Source of the DNA: Leucoraja erinacea
Taxonomy: Eukaryota
Assembly (NCBI RefSeq): GCF_028641065.1
Contig: NC_073401.1
Location: forward strand, 8,928,001 to 8,992,000
Length of the DNA: 64,000 nucleotides
Direction of reading: 5' to 3'
This document shows positions 24,591-36,527 of this stretch, piece after piece. Within the stretch, counting starts at the first letter, position 1; each line of letters begins with the position of its first letter. The position numbers and the translations under genes are program-made. The notes under the pieces were generated by a model that made no database searches, had not been told where the DNA came from, and worked only from the letters and a program-made list of their open reading frames with translations.

Positions 24591-26743
24591 GAGTGGTCAA
24601 TTATATGTGATAAGAGAATGCAATATCCTGTAGTTTGTGTTACAGTTTTGATCTGTACAGTGATTTCAGCCATTCCCTTAAGTGATCTTATTGCCTTTCT
24701 TAAGAGTAATTGACTTACTTTTAATTGTATTTATAGTGCAAAATTGATACAACAAACCACAACTGCATAACACTAATATCTTAAGCAATTTTACTATTAG
24801 TGTAACAAGGCGAGTTAAATTTGATATAGACAACATGGCTTGGTTCACTTTATATGACTCTATTCCATGGTACACATCAACTGTGTGATGCAATCTTTAT
24901 CAAAATAATTGTGCACCGTTAGTATACAACACATGTATACTGTCATATTTTGACAGATCTTTCATTTAAAGGAAACTCAATTGCCCTTTCCTACTGTTTG
25001 ACTGGAATCCCATGCGTAGCTATCGATAGGTAGTGAAAAACTAACGGCAATTAAATAAATACATGTCAACACAATTTGACATATGTCATAAAATGTCAAA
25101 TCTAGTTAAAGAATGGGGCATTGTTTTGTGGCTCATGTAAATTTTTCTCAAGCACCCTCTCCCTCCCATCCACTCCTCTTCCCAATACTGGGGAAATTAT
25201 TAAGCTTCAGTGAAGCAAGCTTTTTCACTAAATAACGTAATGACACATTCATGTCTTATTTAAGAAAAAAATAACTGATCCCAATTGTGCCTTGTTCTGC
25301 AGGCATTTCATTACATTAAGGCGCATTTACATAAGCATTCTTCTAAATTTGCATTTATTTCAAAATAAAAATAGAATTCAGCGTATTCATATCCTGATGC
25401 ATCACTTATTTTGTAATGGTTTCAACCACTTAACTGTAACGGCTTCTGATCCATACACACTTGTTTGATACTGCCTCGTTCAATGCAGCACACAGACAAG
25501 CTGTATTAAAGCAATGGTTTAATAGAACATATTTGCATTGAACAGAACAGGTTTGCTGTATTGTGTGATTATTTCCTGCAGTTATTATAATTTCACATAA
25601 CATTGATCACCATCAACAACATCAGATGTTCAGTCCTTTATTAACTTGCAAATTAAATCCAATTTTATACTATGATATACTTTAAAAAATTCCTTTAAAA
25701 ATAAAATCAACCATATAATCATTTGTTGGATAGAATTCCAAACATAAACAGATCAAAACAACAGGCATTTTAACCAAATAACCATCTGGACAATTAACAG
25801 TTCCACAACCCATTTTTAGGTACATCTATGAATATAGCAGAACTTGGTAGGAACTAAATACTGTTTAACTACACAGTGCTGCAACTAAAGAGAGTTTAGC
25901 AACTTTGCTCCAAATCGCATTCCCTATTTTCCCCAAAAGTATTGAATTTGTTACCGTAAGCATCCCTACTTTACATAAACATAAATTCTTTATATTTTGT
26001 ATTCAATAAAATGGCTATTGGGTTAATTTTCATTATCCCCATTTGTTCAGAACTTTATGAAATAAACTCAAAGGTATGGCTGTAATACAGTTTGTTATAC
26101 AGCAGGTTTATATTCATTCATTATGATTTATCTCTTTGAAAGAACTGTCCAATTTAAACTCACCTGCTGCTCTCATAATACATGCCCCTATATATTTGAA
26201 TCACATCTCCTGTTATTGCCACATTATCATAATTCCATGTAGATGGTAGTGCATGCAGTTGACCAATGTTTATGACTTTCTGGCGTTTACGCATGCACAC
26301 TTTAAATCTACGTTGACTTCTTGAGTTGCTACCTATGTTCAGTATCAGGAAATACAAGTGGTTATCTTCTTACTTGTAATAAAAGGAGAAAAATCAAGTA
26401 AGCATCCTAAATCCACTCCATTTAAGGCACCATTGATTTTATAAGAATTATTTCAATTTTAGCAGTTTCAGCAAGAAATAAACAGGTTTAAGATTTTTTT
26501 TAAGCCGTAGATTAGATCTTCAAGTCTTACTGCTACAGTTGAATTTGCATTTGCCAACACTATAGTTAATTATGAAAACTGGTGCACTTAATCAGAGAGA
26601 AATTGGAGAACTAAAACATCAGCTAGCATGGTTATACTGTACAAGTAGCCTCCTTGATGAATGTGGTATATTTAAACAAATTCTATATTATGATAAAATA
26701 TGTAACAGTATCTTTGACCTCAAATGTTATATTCCATTATTAG

Positions 26744-26977
26744 ATGTTGAAGAAGAATGAGATCATTCGAAAGCTCAAAAACAACCTGCTTCAACTTGAC
26801 TTATTTTCAGAAGATTCCATTCGTCAAATTAAGCAAGATTCAGAAAAACAGCAGCAAGGTGACCAGAAAGATTCAGAAGGAAGAATAGTCAAGTTACAGG
26901 AAGAAATAGCTCAGCTCCGAACCCAATTGAATAACTCAATAACAGAACATAGATCAACCGAACAATCATTAAGAAAG
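26744..26977 (+). CDS. IQCD: IQCD coding exon 2
   Basis: TAG|ATGTTG...AGAAAG|GTACAT, 234 bp, coiled-coil KKNEIIRKLKNNL...EQSLRK. Confidence 0.88.
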
Positions 26978-27320
26978 GTACATTACCATGTTCTAGTAAT
27001 AAATGGCAAATATTCTAATTTGCACTTTTCATTAAGTTACACAAAAATAAATGTTGCTCTAGTAAATAAATAAAAAATAAATGTTGCTCTAGTCAAAATG
27101 TATATTTCTGTTGGCCAGAAACAAATCAACCATGTTTTATAAAAATTACTCCCTGTCCAGTTAGGATTTTCCAGTTAATTCAGGACATAACTTTTCAATG
27201 TTAATTGCTAGTAATAGCTTGTAATGAAATTCTGGATTTAATAATAACAAACTCTCTTCTGTTGTGAAGCAATTTTATTGTTGCCAGAATCTGATATCAT
27301 ATCTTTATGACTTGTTTCAG

Positions 27321-27392
27321 CGCAAGTACAAAACTGAAACAGAGATTGAAAACTGGATCCAGAAGTATGATGCTGACATAGAAGAAAAACAG
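27321..27392 (+). CDS. IQCD: IQCD coding exon 3
   Basis: TTTCAG|CGC...CAG|GTATTT, 72 bp, RKYKTETEIENWIQKYDADIEEKQ (conserved DRC10 motif; not in the ORF track). Confidence 0.92.
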
Positions 27393-27523
27393 GTATTTTG
27401 TTTAAAATTAGAAGTGTTCTTGTCTCTATTTGTACAATAATTATGATATTTAAGTAAAATGGTCTGAGTAATAACTGCCAGGAATAGGTTATGAAATACA
27501 TTAACATTGTTGTGTTCTACCAG

Positions 27524-27799
27524 GAGGAATATGAACAACTCATTAAAATCCACAAAGATGAAGGCATTCTGCTCTTTGAGTTAGAAAGCAAGATTGAAGC
27601 AATTGAATCGGAATATGTTCAGGTTGTAGAAGACAGAAAGAGAAGGGCAGAAGAAAAGAGGATCAGAGAGGAGCAAATATACCTCATGGGAAGAGCAGCT
27701 GTTACCATCCAGTCTTTCTGGAAAGGTTTCAAAGTCCGTCAATTGATCAAATCTTTGAAGAAGAAAAAAAAGAAAAAGGGAAAAGGGAGAAGAAAATAA
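27524..27799 (+). CDS. IQCD: IQCD last coding exon (IQ motif)
   Basis: CAG|GAGGAA...; AAVTIQSFWKGFKVR IQ motif and poly-Lys C-terminus, stop TAA. Confidence 0.92.
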   Translation, partial: EEYEQLIKIHKDEGILLFELESKIEAIESEYVQVVEDRKRRAEEKRIREEQIYLMGRAAVTIQSFWKGFKVRQLIKSLKKKKKKKGKGRRK

Positions 27800-27937
27800 A
27801 ATCAAGACGATCTGAAGACGGGTTGAAAAAAATAAATGTAACAACCATCCTCTCAAGATTAGTTGCAAATCATTTAAATGTTTTCTTCATTAATACTGTT
27901 TGCACATAACAGCAAATAACATCTTCCAAAAATTAAA

Positions 27938-28077
27938 NNNNNNNNNNNNNNNNNNNNNNNNNNNNNNNNNNNNNNNNNNNNNNNNNNNNNNNNNNNNNNN
28001 NNNNNNNNNNNNNNNNNNNNNNNNNNNNNNNNNNNNNNNNNNNNNNNNNNNNNNNNNNNNNNNNNNNNNNNNNNNNN
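27938..28077. other. Assembly gap (140 N)
   Basis: Run of N. Confidence 1.
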
Positions 28078-29479
28078 TAAAGGTAGACACTAAATGCTGG
28101 AGTAACTCAGCAGGACAGGCAGCATCTCTGGAGAGAAAGAACGGGTGACGTTTCGGGTTGAGACCCTCCTTCACACTGAAATATACAGGGTACTTGTATA
28201 CAGGATGCCCAAAGAACTCAGCAGGTCAAGCAGCATCTGTAGAGTTTTAAATTGTAAGTCGAAGTTTCCAGTCAGGACCTGCATCAGGACTACAAATTTT
28301 GCTTCCACAGATGGTGCTTGATAGTCCACTATGTTCTTCCAGCATTTTGCTTTTTGTGTCTGATACCAGTCTCTTTAGTCTCCTGAAATATAATCTTCTT
28401 TGGTCAGCAATGTCATTCAATGCCCCTACCTCTACCCCCTTCACCACTGCACAGAGATGAGTTGAAGATAAGGCTAATATTTTATCAATCATCACGTACC
28501 AGTTTTTAAACAGCAATGTTATTAAAAATTTTACAAATTCTAAAAAGATTGGGATAAGTTGTGAGAAATAAAGTGATTAAATTAACCATTCAAAATTGCA
28601 ATTTATAATATCTTCATGTTAAAGAGCTGGGCCAATGCTGGCCTTCAGCAATTTCAAGTTTCACTAAACAATAAAATGTGTTTTCTCTGAAGCTTCATTA
28701 TTTTTTGTTAATTAACTCATCTCCAATCTTTTGGACAAAGACCCAGTCTGAGTGAGGTTCCCAACCTCATACCAAACCTCAATGTGATGTCCCCACTGCT
28801 GTAATTATAGATGGATTTTAATGGAATCAAGAGACATGGAGTTAGTATTGAACAGCAATGCAAGGCTGCGGTGATATTGTTAAATAATGGAGCTGATAAG
28901 GGGCTAAATGATCTATTTTTTAAAATGCTTTTAAAGAGCTAATTAAAAACATTCAGTGTATGCAGAGAATTGTTAGTTTCCAACTAGGACAATAATTAAT
29001 ATACTGTACAAAAAAAACAACAAAAACCCACAAATTGGTTCAATTTATTGGGTTTAATAATGTTGTTATAAGATAATTTCTGACAATGATTTGAGCAGTA
29101 TAAATTCTTAAATGTATGCATGATATTATTGGTACAAATTTTTTATCATAATTTCAATTGATTAAAATAAACAAATAGGAAAAACCCACAATTACAAATT
29201 ATATTTTCATAGGTGTTAAAGACAAATTCTAAAAAGTACAGATTGGCTGCAAACATCTGAATAAAACTTAAAAGCTAAAGTTATAATTTACCTTTGAACT
29301 TGAATTTTTCCATTGTCCCACCCTCCCAAAATATCTTTCAATCAACAAAATATTGGCAAAAAATACATGTAATAAGGCTCCACAAAATGATATTGAGGTA
29401 TATGTCAGTCTCAAAAAGTAGCCACTCTTTATATGTTTATTTTTATATGGAAACTGGGCAGAAATCTCAAACACTCAGA

Positions 29480-31700
29480 GGGTAAGGAAATCCCGACCGT
29501 TACCATATGGAATTTGAAATATTCCAAATTGGGAGAAGGGGAGGATAAAAATAAGGGTATAACTCTCAGGTAGGGGAGTATTCATACACTGAGAGTATTC
29601 CAATCCTCCCAAAGAGATCAGACAAAACAAAGACAGAAGTGCTGGTTCGGACTCTTGCAATGCCATACAATGTGAGGGGTGTAGTGACCTATGCAAGATC
29701 CGGACAATAAAAGCAACTTGCAGCAAATATAAGATTGATACGGTTCATTCAATTCCGTGTTATTATTCAAGTTGCAAAGGACCATAAGATTAAAAAAAAC
29801 ATAAATAATTTCACCTACAAGGTATGCAAGGAAACCTTTGCTAGCAAAAGCAGACTGGGCCAGCACGAAAGACAGAGGTATGCTGAGCTCAAACTAAAAA
29901 GTAATTTTGGAACACCTGAAGGGGCAACCGGGGAAGAAATCTATTTGGTTCAAGGAAGTGACATTACTAATGGACCTTGAAAAGAAATGTGAAGGCCACT
30001 GAAATACAAACTCAAATATTTCAAAGAGCTTAACATCAAAGACAAGTAAACAGATCTGACAGAAAAAGGGAAATCTAGAAGTCACTGGCGTCAATAGTCC
30101 TTGAACCTGAAGGAGAGACAGAGAGGAGAGAGGAAATCGAGGAAACGACAGAGACGAATGTTAATAGCATTTCTCCACTGAGATAGAGACCAAAAGTTAT
30201 ACTGCCATTGGGAGACCCTAAGAGCATCTATATGATGTCCTAAGACAAGCTGGCCAACTGCTAAAACAATAAAAGTGACATTGAGACTTGGCTTGGTCAA
30301 GAGTATAACAGAGTGTATTACTGAAGACTACAGAAAGAAGTCTGAAGGAAATTGACCTAAAAACTCATACCTGAATAAGAAAATTAATTACCCACAAAAA
30401 AACAAAACCACACTCAGGAAATATGCAAAAAAGGCCACATACATACAGGCCCAAGATATCTACCAAAGAGATTAAAAAAGGCTTGCACACCAAATAATGG
30501 GAGCTCTAAGGAACATCAAAATGTTCCCTCGGTAAGGAGGATATACAGAAATGCTTTCAAACAAAACTAGGTACAGAAAATAATAATGGTTGGTTATGGC
30601 CCATCAAAACTTGCCAACATCAATTGTCAGTCGAGTCAACAACTTAACCACATCAAATGATGAAAGGTAAATGATAAGAAATCATTACTATACTGACAAA
30701 TTTGGGCACCAACCTTTTAGGAATTGATAATTTTCGGCTTCAGTGAGCAAATAACGCTATTGAAGGGATGAACATTATAAATTGCTGATAACCCTATTAG
30801 TTAATCTGGACAAAACCCAATAACAAGATCAAAAACCTACCTATACGATCGGCCAATTGAGAGTAAAGATGATCACTACACATTACCTACAACCTTGACT
30901 ACTCATACAGAGCCCAGACCATTGGCAATGTGGCGAATATTGACCTCACGCATGAGACATAAAAACTTGGAATATGCACTCATCTTCGAGTGATCCTAAA
31001 TGCCACTGTTTAGATTTGAACAAAATGACAGGTGGATCTTGGTTTTGATGCCTTTTACAAACTTTGTCACCACCGAATATGTTTCATTTGATACTACATT
31101 GAAGAGCCAGTCTTAATTATGGGCCCCGTTCTGCATTGTGGGTTGACACTTTTGTAATCGGTAGGAGAACCTCTGGAAAAAGCCAAACCATAAACTAATA
31201 CACTCCACTAAATCAAGCAAATGATTCCTTGCCTCCCCTTTTATTGAGGCCAATCCCAACCTGACAGGTCCCATCCCACATGGTATGATTGCTTTACAGC
31301 ATATATGCACAACTTGCAGCCTGGAGCTAGCTGCAAGGTTATCAGAGTACCTTATACAGGGCGGGCCACATGAAGAAAATCCATCATGTGGGCAGAGCCA
31401 CTATGTTCTTCCTTTCTATGCTAAAATTCTGGACAGGCCATGCATGTTCTTTGACTCAAGCAGTCACAAAAGCAAGAACGCCAAATATTTCAGATCCCCA
31501 CTGCCATTGGCTCGATATTCATGGTGTCCACCCACGTTCTTTTTTTGAGTTGCAGAGGGCTAGAAAACCCACCGCTAAGGTGGATCAGGTTCCAAGCAAT
31601 TAGGCCTCAGACGAAGTATTCTGAAACATTGCTCCAGAAAGATCCCGATTGTCCCAATGTTGTTTGACGAGGCGCATGAAAGGCTTTTAAAATGGTTTTC
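29480..31700 (+). mobile_element. Heavily decayed R2-like non-LTR retrotransposon (N-terminus on +; possible RT remnant inverted on -)
   Basis: C2H2-like YKVCKETFASKSRLGQHERQRY (~29815-29880), Myb-like IWFKEVTLLMDLEKK...LTSKTSKQI*QKK (~29943-30070), and YIQAQDIYQRD*KRLAHQIM (~30440-30500); boundaries approximate. Confidence 0.62.
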
Positions 31701-33810
31701 TATCTCTCATTAGAGATATTTAAGAATGATGCAAATAGATTAAATAATGTTAAAAGCCAACTCTCCATAAGTCATGGCTGTGTGGCGGCACCCGGTGGTG
31801 GGGCCACTAGCTACACTAACCCTCAGCAGGGGGGGGTAGGGTCACGTGACTGGGCAATGGCAGGGAGGAGTTGTCACGGGGTAAAGGGGTGTGGGCTGGT
31901 ATATATAACGAACCCCGGGACAACCCTCTCCCTCTCTCTCTTACTTCGAGGTGTCCAGCTCTCTTCTCTCTAGGGGTGAGTGTCCTTCCACCTCAGCAGG
32001 GGTTCAGCTCGAGCCCACGAGGCAGCAGCCTCGCAGCGGCAACAACTTTATGTAAGAGGACCAACGTGCAAGTATAACCAACTGATTATGCCTGAATAAA
32101 GTAACCCATTTGTTCACCACATGTGGTGCCTCTACAGCTGATCCAATTTATCTCAATGCCACTCCTAATTTCCTGCTCTTTACTTATAATCCACGATTCT
32201 CATGACTAAAAATCTATCTCAGCTTCACATACATTCAATGATTCAGCTTTAACAACTTTCTGGGGCAGAACTGAAAACCCTTCAAGAGAAGAAATTCTTG
32301 CTCAGCTCACTTTTAAATGTGTGCTGCCTTATTCTGTGATGATGCCTTCTACCCCTAGTATCAACTGAACCCTCTAAACTACCTCCTATAATGAAACGTT
32401 CCTTAAATAAGGCAACCAAGAAGACTTGAATGGTTCACGGTACTCAAGATGTGACCTACAGTTCACAGTACTCTAGTTGTGGACCCACTAATGCCTTTTA
32501 CTGTCTCCGTAAAACTGCTCTACTTTTATCCTCCAACCTCGTCATTAAAGTCTGCATTTTTAAAATCTTATTCATTATAACATGAATGCCGACTTGCAAA
32601 TCCCTTTACGCTGCAGCTTTCCTTATTTAAAGAATCTATTTTTTAAATCATTTTTCCTTGCAAATTAACATACAGTTTACCACATTATACTCCATTTGCC
32701 TTCTTTTTGCCTACTTTGAACTGAGGAAGAACTTTTTCACTCAGAGGTTGTTTGGAATCTGGAACACACTGAGTGGTTACTGGATGCAGGTATTCTCACA
32801 ATATTTAACAAGCACGTAGATGTTCACATTATAGACAATAGACAATAGGTGCAGGAGTAGGCCATCCGGCCCTTCGAGCCAGCACCACCATTCAATGTGA
32901 TCATGGCTAATCATCACATTGCCAGTACATAGAAGGCTACAAAACCAGCGCTGGTAAATTGATTACTGTGGATAGCTACTTAATGCCATCAGGCACACAG
33001 TGTGCCAAGGGCCAGTTTCTGTGCTGTATCACTCTGCAGTCCGACCAGACATAGTGTCTGGCCTGACTGCAGTGTGATACAGCACAGAAACCAGCCCATG
33101 GCACACTGTGTCCCTGGTGGCATTAAGTGGCTATATCAGTCTTTCCTTGTATAAAGCTGACTGCATCATTCAGAAGAGGAGTTTAGCCCCATCGAGTCCG
33201 TACCGACCTGTCGTCGCACATTAACACTATCCTACACGCAACCGGGGACAATTTACATTTATACCAAACCAATTAACAAACAAACCTGGAGTGTGGGAGG
33301 AGATAGAAGTTCTCGGGAAAAAACCCACACGGTCACGGAAAGAACGTACAAATTCAGAAAAAGACAGCACCCATAGTCAGCTTCGAACACGGGTCTCTAC
33401 CACCGTTTCAGCTTCTCTGGCACATCACTGCCTTTGCCGCCACAGTTAATGATATGTCCAGTGGTACAGCAAACAGCCTGTTGGAGACTGTTGGATCGAA
33501 GTCAAGAAAATAACCACAATCACTCACCCAATATTGTGACTTCTGTTTTCATTATGTATTTTCACAGAAATGCCTAATCTATCATCACATGAGAAATATT
33601 GCTGGGTCTTTTGTTTCACCAATCCACAATTCCTAACCGTTCCATTATTAAGGACATTTCAATTTGTTTAGCTTTGGATTCAAAATGGATAATCAAAGCA
33701 CAATATTTTCTTTATTTTCAGGAATCCAAAAGCGCAGTTCCTTTCCTACTCCAAAGTGGCTTGAAAACATCTGTTCTGCTTTTTCTCCAACTTTCAAAAA
33801 CAATACAGCC

Positions 33811-34381
33811 TTAATATTTCCAGGGTGGATTTAATTTTACAGAATTTGTTGTGTTGAGTCGATTGGCTGTGGCAGAATCTGACAGACTACCTGATCTTGT
33901 TCTCAAAGAATGCTGCAAACCAGGGTGTACAGCTGAAGCTGAAATTGGCCTACCCCGCAACGGCTTGATGTTCCTGGGAGCATTCAGTGTTGAATCTTCC
34001 TTCACAATCTCCTTCATAGAATTGTCCTTTCTAGTCAAGGACTGTGATCTTCTTCGACCTGGGGTGTCATTGGGAGAGGCATTGTTACTGTCTGGCCTCC
34101 TCCAGTAATCAGTTTTATCTTTATATTCAGTTATAAAGTCAGTAGAAGATTTTCTTGTGGTTGGATGATGCGGTTTCACTGGATTTCTTCCATCTGATGG
34201 TAACTGGTTACTGGTGGACCGAAAGACACTTGAGCTAATTTTGCGCGGTGTAGGGGACCACAGGAGTGGACGAATCTTTATTTTGTCATCCTTTACAGTC
34301 CATGGTGCCTCCCAGCCTGCATCATCTTGTCTTGGCCCAAAAAGGGACTCATCGCAGTAGCTGGGTTTACAGGATTTTAAT
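33811..34381 (-). CDS. RITA1: RBPJ-interacting and tubulin-associated protein 1, last coding exon
   Basis: Acceptor TCTAAG|A; (R)LKSCKPSYCDESLFG, APW...LRP-like RPLLWSP, C-terminal PPWKY*; phase matches the upstream exon; AATAAA at 33711-33716(-). Confidence 0.93.
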
Positions 34382-34928
34382 CTTAGATAAAGAAAAAATG
34401 AAATAAATGAAGACAATATTAAAAGAGATTTTTTTTTAAATGTACTCCACCATACTACTTATGCTTGGGTTCAGTTAAGGGAATATATTATTGTATCTTT
34501 CCAATTTATAATGCAACATTGAGCCAATTTCTCCGTCAATATTTCTTCACATATTATCAAGTAAGTATCAGTATTTCTAATTAAAGTGAATGTTCGACAA
34601 ATTGTACCTTCGGGTCATCCAAAGGTTTGATAGGACCATTAGCAACACAAATACTGCATTAATGAACTACATAATGTGGCTCAATGTGACTGCCATCAAG
34701 ATATTACAATCTATTGCTGCTGTAAATGAAAGTAATTTTCAGTATTAATCTAGTTCATCATGGTTACATTGAACAATTATCATAAATCACTGTTCATTGA
34801 CGCAGACAGCTGTTCTACTGTGACAGCCACATCACACAATCGTATTATACATCACTCTTGAACAGAACTCAAATTTTGGCAAGAGGCAGCAGTTTCTGAA
34901 ACGGATTAACTGAGCCATATTTGAACTA

Positions 34929-36527
34929 CACTGCCCTCCATAATGTTTGCGACAAAGACCCCTAATTTATTTATTTGCCTCTGTACAATTGAGATTTGTA
35001 ATAGAAAAAAAATCACATGTGGTTAAAGTGCACATTGTCAGATTTTATTAAAGGATATTTTTTATACATTTTGGTTTCACCATGTAGAAATTACAGTTGC
35101 GTTGATACAACTATTTCGGGGCACCATAATGTTGGGGACACATGGCTTCCCAGGAGTTTGTAATCGCTCAGGTGTGTTTAATAGCATCCTCAATGCTGGT
35201 ATAAGAGAACTCTCAGTACTTAGTGTTTCCTCCAGTCATTCCATCACCTTTGGAAACATTGCTGTTTATAAATATGAGGACCAAAGATGTGCCAATGAAA
35301 GTCAAAGAAGCCATTATGAGACTGAGAAACAAGAGTAAAACTGTTGGAGACATTAGCCAAACCTTAAGCTTACCAAAATCAATTGTTTGGAACATCATTA
35401 AGAAGAAAGAGAGCACAGGTGAGGCCAAGGAAGACCTCCACAGCTGATCACAGAAGAATTCTCTCTATAATAAAGAAAAATCCCCAAACACCTGTCCGAC
35501 AGATCAGAAACACTTTTCAGAAGTCAGGTGTGGATTTGTCAATAAAACTGTGCGCAGAAGACTTCATGAGCAGAAATACAGAGGCCACACTGTAAGATGC
35601 AAACCGCTGGTTAGCCACAAAACTAGGATGGGCAGATTACGGTTTGCCAAGTAGTACTTAAAAGAGCAACCATAGTTCTTCAAAAAGGTCTTGTGCACAG
35701 ATGAGACGAAGATTAACTTATATCAAAGTGATGGCAAGAGCAAAGCATGGAGGAGAGAAGAAACTGCCCAAGATCCAAAGCATACCACCTCATCTGCGAA
35801 TCACGGCGGTGGGGGTGTTATGGCCTGGGCATGTATGGCTGCTGAAGGTACTGGCTCACTTATCTTCATTGATAATACAACTGTTGATGGTAGTAGCATA
35901 ATAAATTCTGAAGTGTATAGATACATTCTACCTGCTCAAGTTCAAACAAATGCCTCAAAACTCATTGGTCGGCGGTTCATTGTACAGCAAGACAATGATC
36001 CCAACATACTGCTAAAGCAACAAAGGAGTTTTTCAAAGCTAAAAAATGGTCAATTCTTGAGTGGCCAAGTCAATCACCCGATCTGAACCCAATTGAGCAT
36101 GTCTTTTATATGCTGAAGAGAAAACCGAATGGTACTAGGCCCCAAAACAAGCACAAGCTAAAGATGGCTGCAATACAGGCCTGGCAGAGCATCGCCAGAC
36201 AAGACACCCAGCAACTGGTGATGTCCTTGAATCACAGACTTCAAGCAGTCATTGCATGCAAAAGATATGCAACATGACTACTTTCATTTACATGTCTTTG
36301 CTGTACCGCAAATATTATGGTGCCCTGAAATCAGGGGACTATGTATAAACACTGTTCTAATTTCTACATGGTAAAACCAAAATGTATAAAAATGGCCTTT
36401 ATTAAAATCTGAAAATGTGCACTTTAACCACATGCGATTTTTTTTCTATTACAAACCTCAAATTGTGGAGTACAGAGGCAAATAAATAAATGATGGGTCT
36501 TTGTCCCAAAAATTATGGAGGGCACTG
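34929..36527 (+). mobile_element. Near full-length decayed Tc1 transposon in the RITA1 intron
   Basis: TA|CACTGCCCTCCATAAT...ATTATGGAGGGCACTG|TA, long (~200 bp) TIRs, transposase motifs TDETK, HGGGGVMAW, QQDNDP, DLNPIE with frameshifts and stops. Confidence 0.95.

Noticed and set aside
27043-27093. Short direct duplication AAAAATAAATGTTGCTCTAGT
   Set aside because: Ordinary local slippage in an intron
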